In this document: one piece after another, positions 30,136 through 40,029 of the stretch
Numbering within the stretch: position 1 is the first letter of the stretch
How the letters are laid out: each line of letters starts with the position of its first letter
Source: a virus
Taxonomy: Duplodnaviria; Caudoviricetes
IMG/VR virus record: IMGVR_UViG_3300028601_000022
Span: 32,001-96,000 of that record
Length of the DNA stretch: 64,000 nucleotides
Reading direction: 5' to 3' (one strand)
Translations under genes and position numbers: made by a program
Notes under the pieces: model-generated
Databases searched by the model: none
Seen by the model: the letters and a program-made list of their open reading frames with translations, nothing else
What the model was told of the DNA's origin: nothing

Positions 30136-31893
30136 CTATCTCCTTTTGGTGACGGACTTCAAATAGTTCATAATGTAGTTCAACTGGCTGGGTTTAAGTT
30201 CCACGCTCTTTCCAAGAACAGCCGAAGCAAGGGCATTTACTGACGCTGTACCCTTTAACGAGATAGGCTCTACCTCGGCATTAACCTTATCCGAGGAGTT
30301 CAGTTGGAACGGGTCATCACCCTCACCCTCCTCGTCTGCCGGCATCAGCTTCTTCACCTTTTTCAGGTAGTCCGCCATCTTTTCACGAACCTTAAGGTCA
30401 TCCTCGTAGGAGGACACGATGGTGTCAATGTCCGCGCCGGCTGCCGTTGCAAGCATTGCGGCCGGAAGAGGAATGCCTGAGTCTTTCAGTTCCTTCATAA
30501 GAGAAAGCTCGGAAGAACTACCAGTAGGGGTAAGGTCCTTGGTCCACTTCAAATCGGGTATGACGTAAGTGGAAATTTCAGCCATATTGCGCGAGCCTGT
30601 AAGTTGGGCGAACTTATACAGGAACGCATTGCGCTTAGCCTTATTGGACTTAACGTCATACTGAATCTTATGGTCTCTTTCAGCCTGGGTACGCTCCCTG
30701 AAATTGTGGTACTTTGCAAGGGAGAGGAAAATCTTGTCACGAATGATGGCGCGTGTAAGTTCCTGCCGTTGGTCACGGAGGTTTTCCAACATAAGGCCGA
30801 TAGTATTTTCCTGGTTAGAGTACGTTGCATCACCAGACAGGAAACTGTCGGATACGCCGAGAGCACGCAACTTGGCTTGCGTAAAGCCGTCGGATTCAGA
30901 AGAATGGCTCCACAAGTCTGTAGGGCTCTTTACTTCCGACACCGTAACGTCAGGTCGTGTAACAACTGCTGCACCAAGGGGGTCACGGTCAGCGTTTGCA
31001 AAGAGTTCCGCAACGGATTGATACTGCGACAGGTCATAGTCTACATCATCCGAACCCATCGTAATGTGCAGAATACTTTTCTGCCTGCGGGTGGATGCAA
31101 GAATAGTACCGCGAAGGAGGCACTTTTCAAGCAGCCAGATAGGAAGGATACGGGAGAATACGCTAACGCCCTCAGAGCCGGGCAAATGGGTTCGTGTAAC
31201 GTAGATTGTTTTCAGCGGCTCCAACTCAATTTTACCGGATCCAAGCATAAGCTTAATGTCTTCAGGAGGCAACTCCTTTCGGGCCTCTATATCGCGCGTG
31301 TCCGTGGAGTTCAACCACTTCTTGAACTCCTTGCTCAACTTGATATTGATTTTAGGGTCGTACCCAATGAATGGGATAGGGATAATTTCCGCTTCCGACG
31401 CATTGTAAAGAATGCAGTCTGTGAAGATGCCCCGGCTCTTATCAAACACAAGCGAGCCGACACCGCGCCCCAGTACCATGTTAGAGGTCAGGAACAGCTT
31501 CATGAGCCTTTGGATGGAAAGCTCCTCAAGAGAGGACTCATACAGGGCCTTAATCTTTGGGTCAGACACCCCGAGGATGGAATAGTCGCTCCAAGGGAGC
31601 ATGGACATCATGTCCACTACCGGCCCTGAAACAGCGTCCATAAGGTATATCTCTCGATAGGTATTGTCGAGAGTTATTGTATCGTTGGTGTTGAGGATAT
31701 CCTGCAACAACGGAAAAGAAAGGTCAATACCACCAAGGTATGTACCGCCTGAACCAAAGTTGCCGCCGGCCCCTGAAGCAGAACCAGGGCCCATGCCGCC
31801 ACCGGTCCCCTGGGATGCAGCACCCGTAAGGGTAGCCCTTGGTCTTGTTCCGCTAGCAGAGCCGGTTACTGCGACTGTATTATAATCAAACAT
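30136..31893 (-). CDS. Probable portal protein
   Basis: 585 aa; YREIY..D.VSG.VVD..S.LPWS, ILHITMG, KLRALGVSDSFLSGDATYS pattern typical of large-myophage portals. Confidence 0.7.
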   Translation of the reverse strand: MFDYNTVAVTGSASGTRPRATLTGAASQGTGGGMGPGSASGAGGNFGSGGTYLGGIDLSFPLLQDILNTNDTITLDNTYREIYLMDAVSGPVVDMMSMLPWSDYSILGVSDPKIKALYESSLEELSIQRLMKLFLTSNMVLGRGVGSLVFDKSRGIFTDCILYNASEAEIIPIPFIGYDPKINIKLSKEFKKWLNSTDTRDIEARKELPPEDIKLMLGSGKIELEPLKTIYVTRTHLPGSEGVSVFSRILPIWLLEKCLLRGTILASTRRQKSILHITMGSDDVDYDLSQYQSVAELFANADRDPLGAAVVTRPDVTVSEVKSPTDLWSHSSESDGFTQAKLRALGVSDSFLSGDATYSNQENTIGLMLENLRDQRQELTRAIIRDKIFLSLAKYHNFRERTQAERDHKIQYDVKSNKAKRNAFLYKFAQLTGSRNMAEISTYVIPDLKWTKDLTPTGSSSELSLMKELKDSGIPLPAAMLATAAGADIDTIVSSYEDDLKVREKMADYLKKVKKLMPADEEGEGDDPFQLNSSDKVNAEVEPISLKGTASVNALASAVLGKSVELKPSQLNYIMNYLKSVTKRR

Positions 31894-31919
31894 TGGCTAC
31901 TCCGTACTAGAGTGGTGTC

Positions 31920-32672
31920 TCAAGGTTCGTATCCAGGCGGCGTATAGGTACCACCTGTCACCTGTAAGGGGTGAATCTTATAGCTTGGGCTTTCTTTGAT
32001 TCCCTCGCCGAAAGTGGAATCGGATACAGGAGCTCTGAAGTACCACGGAGTTGCAACAATGCCACCTGAGGTATCAGCAGTATAGTACCTGCGAAAACCC
32101 GATAGAATAAGCCACTGGTCATAGGCGTCCTTCTGCTTAGCCAAATCATCTACCGGATATGGGTCGTGGTACTTCTTCATCCACTCCACAGGGTTATAGG
32201 TAACATACAGGTCGGAGGAATCAAACAGAGTCAGGCCAACACCGCTGCTATCTGACTCCGCAAGCAACTTTGCAAGCAGGAGATTAAAGCCGGTTGGCTC
32301 TGCACTCATAGTATCCCATTTGAAAAACAAAATAGACCAACTTTTTTGCAGGAGATATTCAATCCTTTGGTCGTTAGTCATCCAAGATGGGTATTTTTCA
32401 ATCTCCACTGCATACGCATTCGTTATCTCTTCTGGTATCTCGCCTACTTTAGGCTTCCTGCACCAGCATACGTGCCTTTCAGGGTCTGTAGTAGAGAAGG
32501 ACGGCCTGTGGTCATACAGACCGTGAACTCCCTTTTCATTTAGCCTGGCTTGCGTTGCAATAAGCCAGTCCAGCATCTCCTTACCGGAAAGCGCCCAATA
32601 AGAAGTACCCCACACGCTTGCAGCATGCTCAAAGGTAAATACAGGAGTTCTGTACTGTTTTATTGCAGCCAT
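31920..32672 (-). CDS. Hypothetical protein
   Basis: 250-aa ORF in operon. Confidence 0.65.
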   Translation of the reverse strand: MAAIKQYRTPVFTFEHAASVWGTSYWALSGKEMLDWLIATQARLNEKGVHGLYDHRPSFSTTDPERHVCWCRKPKVGEIPEEITNAYAVEIEKYPSWMTNDQRIEYLLQKSWSILFFKWDTMSAEPTGFNLLLAKLLAESDSSGVGLTLFDSSDLYVTYNPVEWMKKYHDPYPVDDLAKQKDAYDQWLILSGFRRYYTADTSGGIVATPWYFRAPVSDSTFGEGIKESPSYKIHPLQVTGGTYTPPGYEP

Positions 32673-32678
32673 GACAAC

Positions 32679-33452
32679 CTACCTGTAAAACGGGTCAAAT
32701 AATGCATGCCTTACTTTAGCTTGAACGCTAGACGCCACCTTTCTCATTGAAAGACCTTGCTTTCCAGAAATATCAGCATCCTTAATCTTGCTTTGCTGAT
32801 TCCAATCTTCCGTGCTGATTCCTTTCCATGACCGCCGAATTGTGTAAGTATTAACCGGCAGACGCTCTGCACCAAGACGGAGATGCTCCTCTGTAATGCG
32901 GTCAATACGAGCGTACCCGTAGGCTCTACCAGGTATGGCATCATCAGGGATGTAGTCTGTAAGAACAATTTCTCCTACAGAAAAGCGTGGATACTTAGGA
33001 TAGTAAACCACATCCCCGTAGCCAGGGCGCAAGTCATACACGCACCAGGCTTCCATAGGGACACCTTCAAAAGCGCGTTGTCTTTCGTTGTAAGTACGGA
33101 AGTCCGCGTACTCATTCCAGAAAGAAACAGCGCGGGATGGTATGGTGCTTATAGGGAAAGCACCCGCCATGTTAAGGCTCTCGCTGAGGAGCCCTATAAT
33201 GTTTTCAGATGCAAGGTCTACCGATACAGAGGTGCCGTCACGGTAGACAAACTTACCGGTGTTACGGAATACCTTAATAAGGTCAGCCTCTTTAACGAAA
33301 ATGTCACTACCAGGCTCACACTTTGCAGGGCGGGGCACCCGGAGAAGCCAGGGCCCCGCATTATGGATTACCCCAATCCAGTTAGGGCGTTCTACACTTA
33401 CGGAAGCTTTAAGCCTGCCTGACATGGGGTTTATTCCGCCCTTATTGAACAT
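32679..33452 (-). CDS. Hypothetical protein
   Basis: GGAGGG RBS before MFNKGG. Confidence 0.65.
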   Translation of the reverse strand: MFNKGGINPMSGRLKASVSVERPNWIGVIHNAGPWLLRVPRPAKCEPGSDIFVKEADLIKVFRNTGKFVYRDGTSVSVDLASENIIGLLSESLNMAGAFPISTIPSRAVSFWNEYADFRTYNERQRAFEGVPMEAWCVYDLRPGYGDVVYYPKYPRFSVGEIVLTDYIPDDAIPGRAYGYARIDRITEEHLRLGAERLPVNTYTIRRSWKGISTEDWNQQSKIKDADISGKQGLSMRKVASSVQAKVRHALFDPFYR

Positions 33453-33470
33453 ACTCCCTCCGTACAAGGC

Positions 33471-34850
33471 TTACTTATTATTCATACGCAGCCAGTTATC
33501 GACCACGTTTTTCAGACCGGTGCTAGACAGGCTGCCCGGGCCGCCATTGTCCATATCGAACTCAGGGTCGATGCCAGTGCGGTCAATTTCTTTCGTTACC
33601 AGGTCGTCTGTGGTAAGACGGTCGCTGGTGATGTTGAGAACGCGGAAAAGGAAGTAAACAAAGGAGCCCTTCTTGTACACCTTTTCAATACGGAGTCTGC
33701 CCGAATTGTAGCGGGAATTTTTAGGAAGACCCGCGTAGGCCTGCACGTCCATGTAAAGATTCTTGTCCCACTCGGTTGGGTTAGTCGTCTTGGGGAGTTC
33801 TCCAGAGGAGCCGAGATTGGAGTTTACCTTGCGTACAGGAACCTTCACCGTAATGAAGTTGCGCTTGTTCTTGTCCTTGAGAACTTCAATGTCAGGGTCA
33901 TTAAGAATGCGCAGGCGTTCCTTCACCTTCTCTATGCGGCTCTGTACTGTGCCTTCAATTTCATGGCCGAAGATAGCGAGGTTGTTCTTCTGCGCCAGAT
34001 AGGACAGAACGTCCTTGGCTTCATTGACAGAGGAAACCTTGTAAAGGATTTTGGAAAGGGCAATAGGGTCATTGAACTTGTTCATCATGCCTATGCTGAA
34101 CTGGGAAATCGCAGGCTTTTTAACACCGCGCTTATCCACAAGCATCATGGGGAGGATTTTGCCCCGCTTTTCCTCGGATGCAAGGAACGTGATGGTAACG
34201 ACCAAGTAGGTGTTCTTGGTTTCACCGAAGATGGTAGGCACGTTCACAAGGGGAATGTAACGAGCCCAGCGAATCTGCCCTGACTCGGTAACGCCGGGAA
34301 TGTACTTTGATTCCTTCACCTTGATGTCTGCATCTGTCCCGAGCGCCTTCAGGTCATTCACAACATAGACAATGAGGGGGCGGAAAAAGTCCATATCGTG
34401 GGTTGTAAGCTGCACAGGAACATGGCTCTTTGTGAGTTCGGAGAGCATTTTCTCCTTCTCGGTATTGAGCGCAGACAGTTTCTTTACAAGAGCCTTAGCC
34501 TGCGTGAGGAGCTTTGAGGCGGCCGGATTGTCGCCGAAGTCGGACTCAATCTGCACAACCAGGCTGGCAGCCTTGGCCCATTTTTCACGGGTGCTCTTGA
34601 AGGTAGCAACGGAGTCTTCAAGCTGCTTACGCACAGACACCCTAGCTGCCTTTACAAACACCTTCTTGAGCCGTACCATTTCCTTCTTCAGCTCCTCCGC
34701 ATCATCCTGCAGGCCCTCAAGCGCCTTGGTGTACTTCTGCAAAGTAGAACCAAGGTCGCTGGTTTTCTTCGCAGTCACCGTAGCTTTGCGCTGCAAAGCA
34801 GCCTTAAGGGTAAGGGAGACGTTGCCCCGGATACGGGAAAGTATATCCAT
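33471..34850 (-). CDS. Hypothetical protein with N-terminal coiled coil, possibly an internal head protein
   Basis: GAGGT RBS; basic; ATVTAKK motif near the N-terminus. Confidence 0.7.
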   Translation of the reverse strand: MDILSRIRGNVSLTLKAALQRKATVTAKKTSDLGSTLQKYTKALEGLQDDAEELKKEMVRLKKVFVKAARVSVRKQLEDSVATFKSTREKWAKAASLVVQIESDFGDNPAASKLLTQAKALVKKLSALNTEKEKMLSELTKSHVPVQLTTHDMDFFRPLIVYVVNDLKALGTDADIKVKESKYIPGVTESGQIRWARYIPLVNVPTIFGETKNTYLVVTITFLASEEKRGKILPMMLVDKRGVKKPAISQFSIGMMNKFNDPIALSKILYKVSSVNEAKDVLSYLAQKNNLAIFGHEIEGTVQSRIEKVKERLRILNDPDIEVLKDKNKRNFITVKVPVRKVNSNLGSSGELPKTTNPTEWDKNLYMDVQAYAGLPKNSRYNSGRLRIEKVYKKGSFVYFLFRVLNITSDRLTTDDLVTKEIDRTGIDPEFDMDNGGPGSLSSTGLKNVVDNWLRMNNK

Positions 34851-34896
34851 GACTAACCTCGTCTGAATTGTTTTGTAGTAAGTTATGCACTAGGTG

Positions 34897-35916
34897 CTAT
34901 ACAATAAAGATGGTATCTTCACACGGATACTTGGACAGGCTCGCCTTGCTTGGCAGGATGTAGTAATGCTGGTTGGGCCTTACAAGGTTTGCCTGGCAGT
35001 TCCAAGAGATAGTCACACCCAAGGGTCGGTTGCAATCTACCTCAACAATTCTGTATATGAAACCTTCATCATTAAGAATGAAGATATCCTGGGGAGTGAG
35101 GTTATTTATGCGGGCATCAAAGTTGGCAGTAAGACTTTCCTGGACTTCTTCCCATATGCGCAAACCGCTAGAGAAGTTCTTTGTCCAGTTAGGGAGGTCT
35201 ACATTCACCATCGTTGAGCCTGTAACGAAATACAGGAAAACGCCAAACAGCCCAAGGTCCGGTGTATCTGCATCCTTGATAGTGACCGAAAGGGATACAC
35301 GCTTTCCTGCATTAGCCAAGAGAGTGTCCGCAGTAAGAGGGCCGCCGTCAAGGTCAACTTTATATTTTTTAGGCGTTGTCTTCCACTTGATACAGACACC
35401 ATAAATGGCCTGCACATACTTCGGAATGGTTACAACCCAGGAAACCTTAGAGCCCTTCGTAGGAAGCTCAATCCACCAAGGGCGTTCCTTAGCTATTGAG
35501 GCTTCCTTTAACGTAGTTACGTTAGTTGCATCCAATACAACCGATTGGGAACCCTGCAAATCATAGCCGCCTGAGTACCCTGTACCAAAGCAGATAGGGC
35601 AACGCTCCGTAACCGAGGACGGAACGAACTCCTTCGTCTCCAGGAAGCTCTGCAGGTCAAGATAGCTGTCGCGTTTTTCAACGCGGGTAGCCTCTATAGA
35701 TTCCTTGGTGCAGGAGCATGCTGGGCCATTTCGCTTTGCTTTCCACACCTCACATAGCTGCATTACCACAGAGGAGTTAGCGTTTATGTGCTCCTGCTGG
35801 GCTTGCATAAGCATCCTCTTCGCGCGGGCATGGGCTTCCGGGAGAAGGTGCTGATTACGACCACCGTTTATCTTAGGACGAAACATCCCTGAAGTAGTGG
35901 TGTTTGTAGAGAACAT
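34897..35916 (-). CDS. Putative neck/head-completion structural protein
   Basis: CSC...CPICFGTGYSGGY motif seen in large-myophage head-closure proteins. Confidence 0.55.
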   Translation of the reverse strand: MFSTNTTTSGMFRPKINGGRNQHLLPEAHARAKRMLMQAQQEHINANSSVVMQLCEVWKAKRNGPACSCTKESIEATRVEKRDSYLDLQSFLETKEFVPSSVTERCPICFGTGYSGGYDLQGSQSVVLDATNVTTLKEASIAKERPWWIELPTKGSKVSWVVTIPKYVQAIYGVCIKWKTTPKKYKVDLDGGPLTADTLLANAGKRVSLSVTIKDADTPDLGLFGVFLYFVTGSTMVNVDLPNWTKNFSSGLRIWEEVQESLTANFDARINNLTPQDIFILNDEGFIYRIVEVDCNRPLGVTISWNCQANLVRPNQHYYILPSKASLSKYPCEDTIFIV

Positions 35917-35934
35917 TGCTGGCCTCCAATGCGC

Positions 35935-36288
35935 TTACTTTTTCTTTGTGCCAGGCTTGCGGTGTACCGGGACTTTCGTTACCTGGATAACGCCGGCATC
36001 AATTTCGATTATGTAGTTCCGGCTACCTATGGTGGCCGAGGAGCATACCGAACGGCCATTGTAAGCAGGAGAATTGAAGGGACGGTCACCGGGGAGCATC
36101 ACCTTTTTAAGGAGCATATTGAGCATGGTTACAAATCCATGACAATTTACTCCAGGGCCGTCGGAAGACCAGCGCAAACAGAAGCCCTTGTTGGTTTCAC
36201 GGAACTTGGAGAACCCTATCTTGTTTGCAGCCTTGGCTACAGGGTCAGCCGTAGGGGCAGCAACTATGGTTACTTGGGATACTTTCAT
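35935..36288 (-). CDS. Small hypothetical protein
   Basis: MKVSQVTIVAA leader; operon packing. Confidence 0.6.
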   Translation of the reverse strand: MKVSQVTIVAAPTADPVAKAANKIGFSKFRETNKGFCLRWSSDGPGVNCHGFVTMLNMLLKKVMLPGDRPFNSPAYNGRSVCSSATIGSRNYIIEIDAGVIQVTKVPVHRKPGTKKK

Positions 36289-36297
36289 AGGAACCAC

Positions 36298-36564
36298 CTA
36301 GAACAGGCCAGACATGCCTTTCTTCAGGCACTCAAGGTTGGTGATTTCCAATTCAGCAGCCTGATTTCTTTCATCCTCGCTGTCAACGTAAACAGGAGAA
36401 ATTTCAGGCCCGAGAGAGAACACGCCGGGCGCCTTGGGGAGGTTGAATACGGGGGTTTCCCCTGCAGGGAGCATTCCAAGTTTGCGCAAGCGACGGACAA
36501 GATAGTCCTCGCGGGTAATAGGCTCTTTACGAAGCCGCCGCTTTATCTGAATAGTAACAGGCAT
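36298..36564 (-). CDS. Small hypothetical protein
   Basis: AGGAG RBS before MPVTIQ. Confidence 0.6.
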   Translation of the reverse strand: MPVTIQIKRRLRKEPITREDYLVRRLRKLGMLPAGETPVFNLPKAPGVFSLGPEISPVYVDSEDERNQAAELEITNLECLKKGMSGLF

Positions 36565-36631
36565 AACATACTCCTGGTTATTATCATTAGTGAACATGCA
36601 AAACTTCAAGATAGCCAGCGTATAGGCATGG

Positions 36632-36670
36632 AAAAGCGCCTAACCTACATAAAGTAAGCTAGGCGCTTTT
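36632..36670. terminator. Bidirectional-type intrinsic terminator after the histone-like gene
   Basis: AAAAGCGCCTA...TAGGCGCTTTT. Confidence 0.75.
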
Positions 36671-36704
36671 AGTTCAGCTAAGGCGCAGTGCCGGTGAATG
36701 AAGT

Positions 36705-37508
36705 CTACTTCTTGGTCTTCTTGGCCTTCTTGGCCGGGGCCTTCTTGGCCTTGGTAGCCTTCTTGGGAGCCGCAGCCTTCTTGGGAGCAGCAGCCTTCTT
36801 GGTCTTGGGAGCAGCAGCCTTCTTCGTGGCCTTGGTGGCCTTGGTCTTCGTGGCCTTGGTGGCCTTGGTGGCCTTGGTGGCCTTGGTGGCCTTGGTGGCC
36901 TTGGTGGCCTTGGTCTTCGTGGCCTTGGTGGCCTTGGTCTTCGTGGCCTTGGTGGCCTTGGTGGCCTTCTTGGTGCCGCCCTTGGCCTTGCGGGTTTCGG
37001 CAGCCTTCTTGAACGAAGAGGCATCAGCGCGGCCGACCTTGCCGTACTTCTTGCGGCGCTGCATCCAAGCAAGCTTGGCAGCGCGTTTGCGCTTGGCCGG
37101 GGTGTAAGAACGCTTCATGCCCTTCAGGCGCTTTTTCTGTTCGGGAGTCAGCTGACGGCGATGGCTCTTCTTGTACTTGCGCAGTTTGGCCAGGGTGGCA
37201 GCGTCGGACTTGGTGAGCTTGCCGCCGGCGCGCGACTTCTGGAACACAACGGCAGCCTTACGGGCGAGAGCGGCGCCCTGCTGCTTTTTCTTGGAAAGAC
37301 CTTTCATGCGGTCGGCCACGGAAGTCTTTTTCTTGGCCGGGGCCTTCTTGGTCTTGGGAGCCGCAGCCTTCTTGGTCTTGGGAGCCGCAGCCTTCTTGGT
37401 CTTGGGAGCCGCAGCCTTCTTGGTCTTGGTGGCCTTAGGGGCTTTGGAAGCGGCGGGCTTCTTGGTCTTCTTGGGGGCCTTTTCTTTCGCGGCAGTTTTC
37501 TTGGCCAT
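36705..37508 (-). CDS. Histone H1/AlgP/HctB-like Lys-Ala-Thr-Pro-rich DNA-binding protein
   Basis: KKAAAPKT and KAT repeats; GAGGAG RBS; extreme AAG/GCC/ACC codon bias; downstream terminator. Confidence 0.85.
   Translation of the reverse strand: MAKKTAAKEKAPKKTKKPAASKAPKATKTKKAAAPKTKKAAAPKTKKAAAPKTKKAPAKKKTSVADRMKGLSKKKQQGAALARKAAVVFQKSRAGGKLTKSDAATLAKLRKYKKSHRRQLTPEQKKRLKGMKRSYTPAKRKRAAKLAWMQRRKKYGKVGRADASSFKKAAETRKAKGGTKKATKATKATKTKATKATKTKATKATKATKATKATKATKATKTKATKATKKAAAPKTKKAAAPKKAAAPKKATKAKKAPAKKAKKTKK
36826..36968. repeat. Imperfect 9-bp tandem repeat (GGCCTTGGT)n encoding (KAT)n
   Basis: Directly visible array with interspersed CTTCGT units. Confidence 0.9.
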
Positions 37509-37611
37509 GATGTATCTCCTCGGATTGTTTCTGGTATAGTATGCGCTAGTGTTTCTGGCACCTTACCGTACCAGACCCGCTAAACGTACCCTTAAGGAGC
37601 AGCCCACTTCC

Positions 37612-38073
37612 CTATGAAGTGAGCTTTCTTGCGTATTGGTAAAGTCTGCTATACTGCGCAGGGTCTAGGTCAGACCCCAATGACATTGCCAGCATCGAAC
37701 CTGCAAGGGCGAGCTTGGAAAGCGTTATTGGGTCGTCAGTGCTAAGTGCATTACTTACCAACACCTGTGCGAGTTGAATAGAGCGAGTCCTTGATACCTT
37801 CGGACCCAACTTTGCCAGGCTACGCTTTTCTTGCTCATATATGGCACCCATCGGGATTACAGCCCCGGTGAGCTTTGCCTTTGACCTTGATGTGCTAATG
37901 ACCTTGTACTTGGCATTTGCAGGAAGCATGACTTTGTTATCCAGGATGTCCTGAACAACTATGCCTTTCTTCTGAACCTCTACCACAGTAACAACGTCAC
38001 CTTTAGGTATGATGATGCGTCCGGCTTTGATTGCTGTAAGCAGCTTTATCCGAAACCCGGATTTGAGTTCCAT
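37612..38073 (-). CDS. Hypothetical protein
   Basis: AAGGAG RBS before MELKSG. Confidence 0.65.
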   Translation of the reverse strand: MELKSGFRIKLLTAIKAGRIIIPKGDVVTVVEVQKKGIVVQDILDNKVMLPANAKYKVISTSRSKAKLTGAVIPMGAIYEQEKRSLAKLGPKVSRTRSIQLAQVLVSNALSTDDPITLSKLALAGSMLAMSLGSDLDPAQYSRLYQYARKLTS

Positions 38074-38136
38074 ACATGAACTCCTTGTGTATAGACTAAA
38101 CTGAGGTTCATAAGGCAAAAGTAGCCTATGTAAAGA

Positions 38137-38649
38137 CTAAGGCTTCTGACAATTATTTCCTGATGACCTAGGAGGTCCGGCTTCGGCAGTGCCAGGGGCG
38201 GGGGCATCTGCAGGGGGTGCATTAGGCTCAACGGGAGGTGCATACGGCGGGCTACCGTAACCCGGCCCGTACTGCGGACCGTAGGGGTCTCCTGGATACC
38301 CGCCGGGGCCCCGTTGCCTGTTGCGGAGAAGAATAGAGCTAACGTCCACTCCCTTCTTTGCAAACTCATACAAAAGACAGGCATACAGCATTTCCTGCAG
38401 GCCGGGAGGAAACGGCGTTGAGTAGGGAATCTCACCCATCACGTACCGTAGCCAATACGAAAACGCAAGATAAAACAACAACCAGGACCAGCACCTGCCC
38501 ATTGACAAAGTATTAGGGGTACTGCTGTCCTTATCCTCGTTATCGTACAGGAGGTCCTTTCTATTGGTATAGAGAACCCAAATGCCTGCAATGTGAAGTG
38601 CGCCAACGAGAACCAGTTGTGCTGTTACGTGGTACCCCAATAGAGTCAT
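38137..38649 (-). CDS. Membrane protein (holin/antiholin candidate) with Pro/Gly/Tyr-rich tail
   Basis: 2-3 hydrophobic segments; ATGA overlap with the o-spanin stop. Confidence 0.55.
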   Translation of the reverse strand: MTLLGYHVTAQLVLVGALHIAGIWVLYTNRKDLLYDNEDKDSSTPNTLSMGRCWSWLLFYLAFSYWLRYVMGEIPYSTPFPPGLQEMLYACLLYEFAKKGVDVSSILLRNRQRGPGGYPGDPYGPQYGPGYGSPPYAPPVEPNAPPADAPAPGTAEAGPPRSSGNNCQKP

Positions 38650-38942
38650 TTTTCCTCCAGTGCCGCTTTCCGTTTGGTTTCCATGAGGTCATACCAGTCT
38701 CTCAGGAGCTTCTTTTTCCTGTTGCACTCCTTAAAATCCAGCCACAAAGTCTGGAAAGAGATAAGTATTTCCGCATTGGTTGTCAGGGCAGTAAAGGGCG
38801 TGGGCTCGCAGTCGTCCAAGAGAACAGAGGGCGGGCGCTCCTGCTTGGCCGCAACGACCTTTGTTTCCTTGGTAGCGCAGCCTGCAAGCGCGAGGGAAAG
38901 GGACAGCGTAGCAAGCATAAATAGATACTGCAAAGTTTTCAT
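38646..38942 (-). CDS. o-spanin (Rz1-like lipoprotein)
   Basis: Signal peptide with LAGC lipobox; PPSVLLDDCEP...TNAE...ECN motif. Confidence 0.85.
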   Translation of the reverse strand: MKTLQYLFMLATLSLSLALAGCATKETKVVAAKQERPPSVLLDDCEPTPFTALTTNAEILISFQTLWLDFKECNRKKKLLRDWYDLMETKRKAALEEK

Positions 38943-39292
38943 TTCTTCTCTCCCTTTTCCTGCGTAAGGTTGCGAAGGAAGTTGCGAACTTCTTCAGGTG
39001 CCTGGCTAGCGCCCCAGGAGGAGCTACCTGGATTGCCAAGAATTTCCTCAAGTTTCTTGTTGGTTGCCGCGCGTTCGAGAGCGAGGTCTCGGTTCTGCTG
39101 CTCAAGGTCTTTTGTGACCTTGTCATTCGCCTCTATAACGCGTGTTTTCTGTTCCACATCTGCCCTGGCAGATTCCAACTTCTCCTCGGTTTCTTTCAAG
39201 TCCGAGCGAAGGCTTGTAGTCTGCCAATACAGGAGACCGCACACGATAAGAAGGGCTATGCTTACGCCCGACAAAATCTTGGTGAGAAGCAT
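38939..39292 (-). CDS. i-spanin (Rz-like)
   Basis: N-terminal TM helix, coiled coil, C-terminal WGASQAPEEV; overlaps the o-spanin start. Confidence 0.85.
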   Translation of the reverse strand: MLLTKILSGVSIALLIVCGLLYWQTTSLRSDLKETEEKLESARADVEQKTRVIEANDKVTKDLEQQNRDLALERAATNKKLEEILGNPGSSSWGASQAPEEVRNFLRNLTQEKGEKK

Positions 39293-39321
39293 GTTTCCTC
39301 CTGCATCTCCAATAAACAGGC

Positions 39322-40029
39322 CTACTGTTGCTGCTTTATCCAGGCTGCGCGAGCAAGGTCCATCTGAAGGATTTGACCTTCAATGAACACCTTGATGGAA
39401 TCAAGAAGGTCTTCGTCCTTGGTGACGTTGGTCTGAAAGTTGAAGTCCTCGTCAAAGTAGTTGAACACTACAATGCCGGTAAGCCAATGTTCCTTTGTAT
39501 AAACAGGAACAGCCAGAGCCGACTTGGCGGAGTCGTGCAAAGGGCTGCCAGAGAACGGTGAGTCCATTATGTTCGGTATGCGAAGAATGCCGTTTACTTC
39601 CAACTCCGCGCACCAGGACGCTATGGAGGCATAGGGAATGCGCTGAACCTTCTGCGCCTTCTTTGTGCAGCGCGATATGCCTGAGGTTTCCGCTTGAACC
39701 GAAACATACATGGAGTGAATCCTGCCCGGCCCGACAACGCCATTTTCAATACCAAGGTAGAGAATTTGGTCCGTCATGCAGTACGGGTTAGAATCAATAC
39801 CATCAAGATAGAATCCCAGACTCTGGATGATGTTTCTGGAAAAATTTGTCTCCCAATCACGCAACCGTGCGTCATAGCCTCGGCCAAACCCGGTTTTAAG
39901 GCTCTTAATATGCTTGGCTATCTTGTAATAGCCGGCATACAGGGTGGGAACCATTATGACGATGAAGGGGACAAGCGCATCCGTAACAAAATCACGCATT
40001 TCCTGGAGCGTGTAAGGCCACTCAAGCAT
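39322..40029 (-). CDS. Single-TM protein with a GAF-like domain, candidate T4 T-type holin
   Basis: TM at about aa 16-36; AKSALAVPVYTKEHWLTGIVVFNY GAF signature; lies between endolysin and spanins. Confidence 0.55.
   Translation of the reverse strand: MLEWPYTLQEMRDFVTDALVPFIVIMVPTLYAGYYKIAKHIKSLKTGFGRGYDARLRDWETNFSRNIIQSLGFYLDGIDSNPYCMTDQILYLGIENGVVGPGRIHSMYVSVQAETSGISRCTKKAQKVQRIPYASIASWCAELEVNGILRIPNIMDSPFSGSPLHDSAKSALAVPVYTKEHWLTGIVVFNYFDEDFNFQTNVTKDEDLLDSIKVFIEGQILQMDLARAAWIKQQQ

Noticed and set aside
26681-31893. Major capsid, tail sheath and tape measure genes
   Set aside because: No ORF in the window shows motifs I can assign to them; they presumably lie elsewhere in the genome
36674-37583. 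ORFs encoding (LVA)n hydrophobic or (RPP)n proteins
   Set aside because: Antisense and alternative-frame shadows of the KAT/KKAAAP repeats; only the Lys-rich frame has an RBS and terminator
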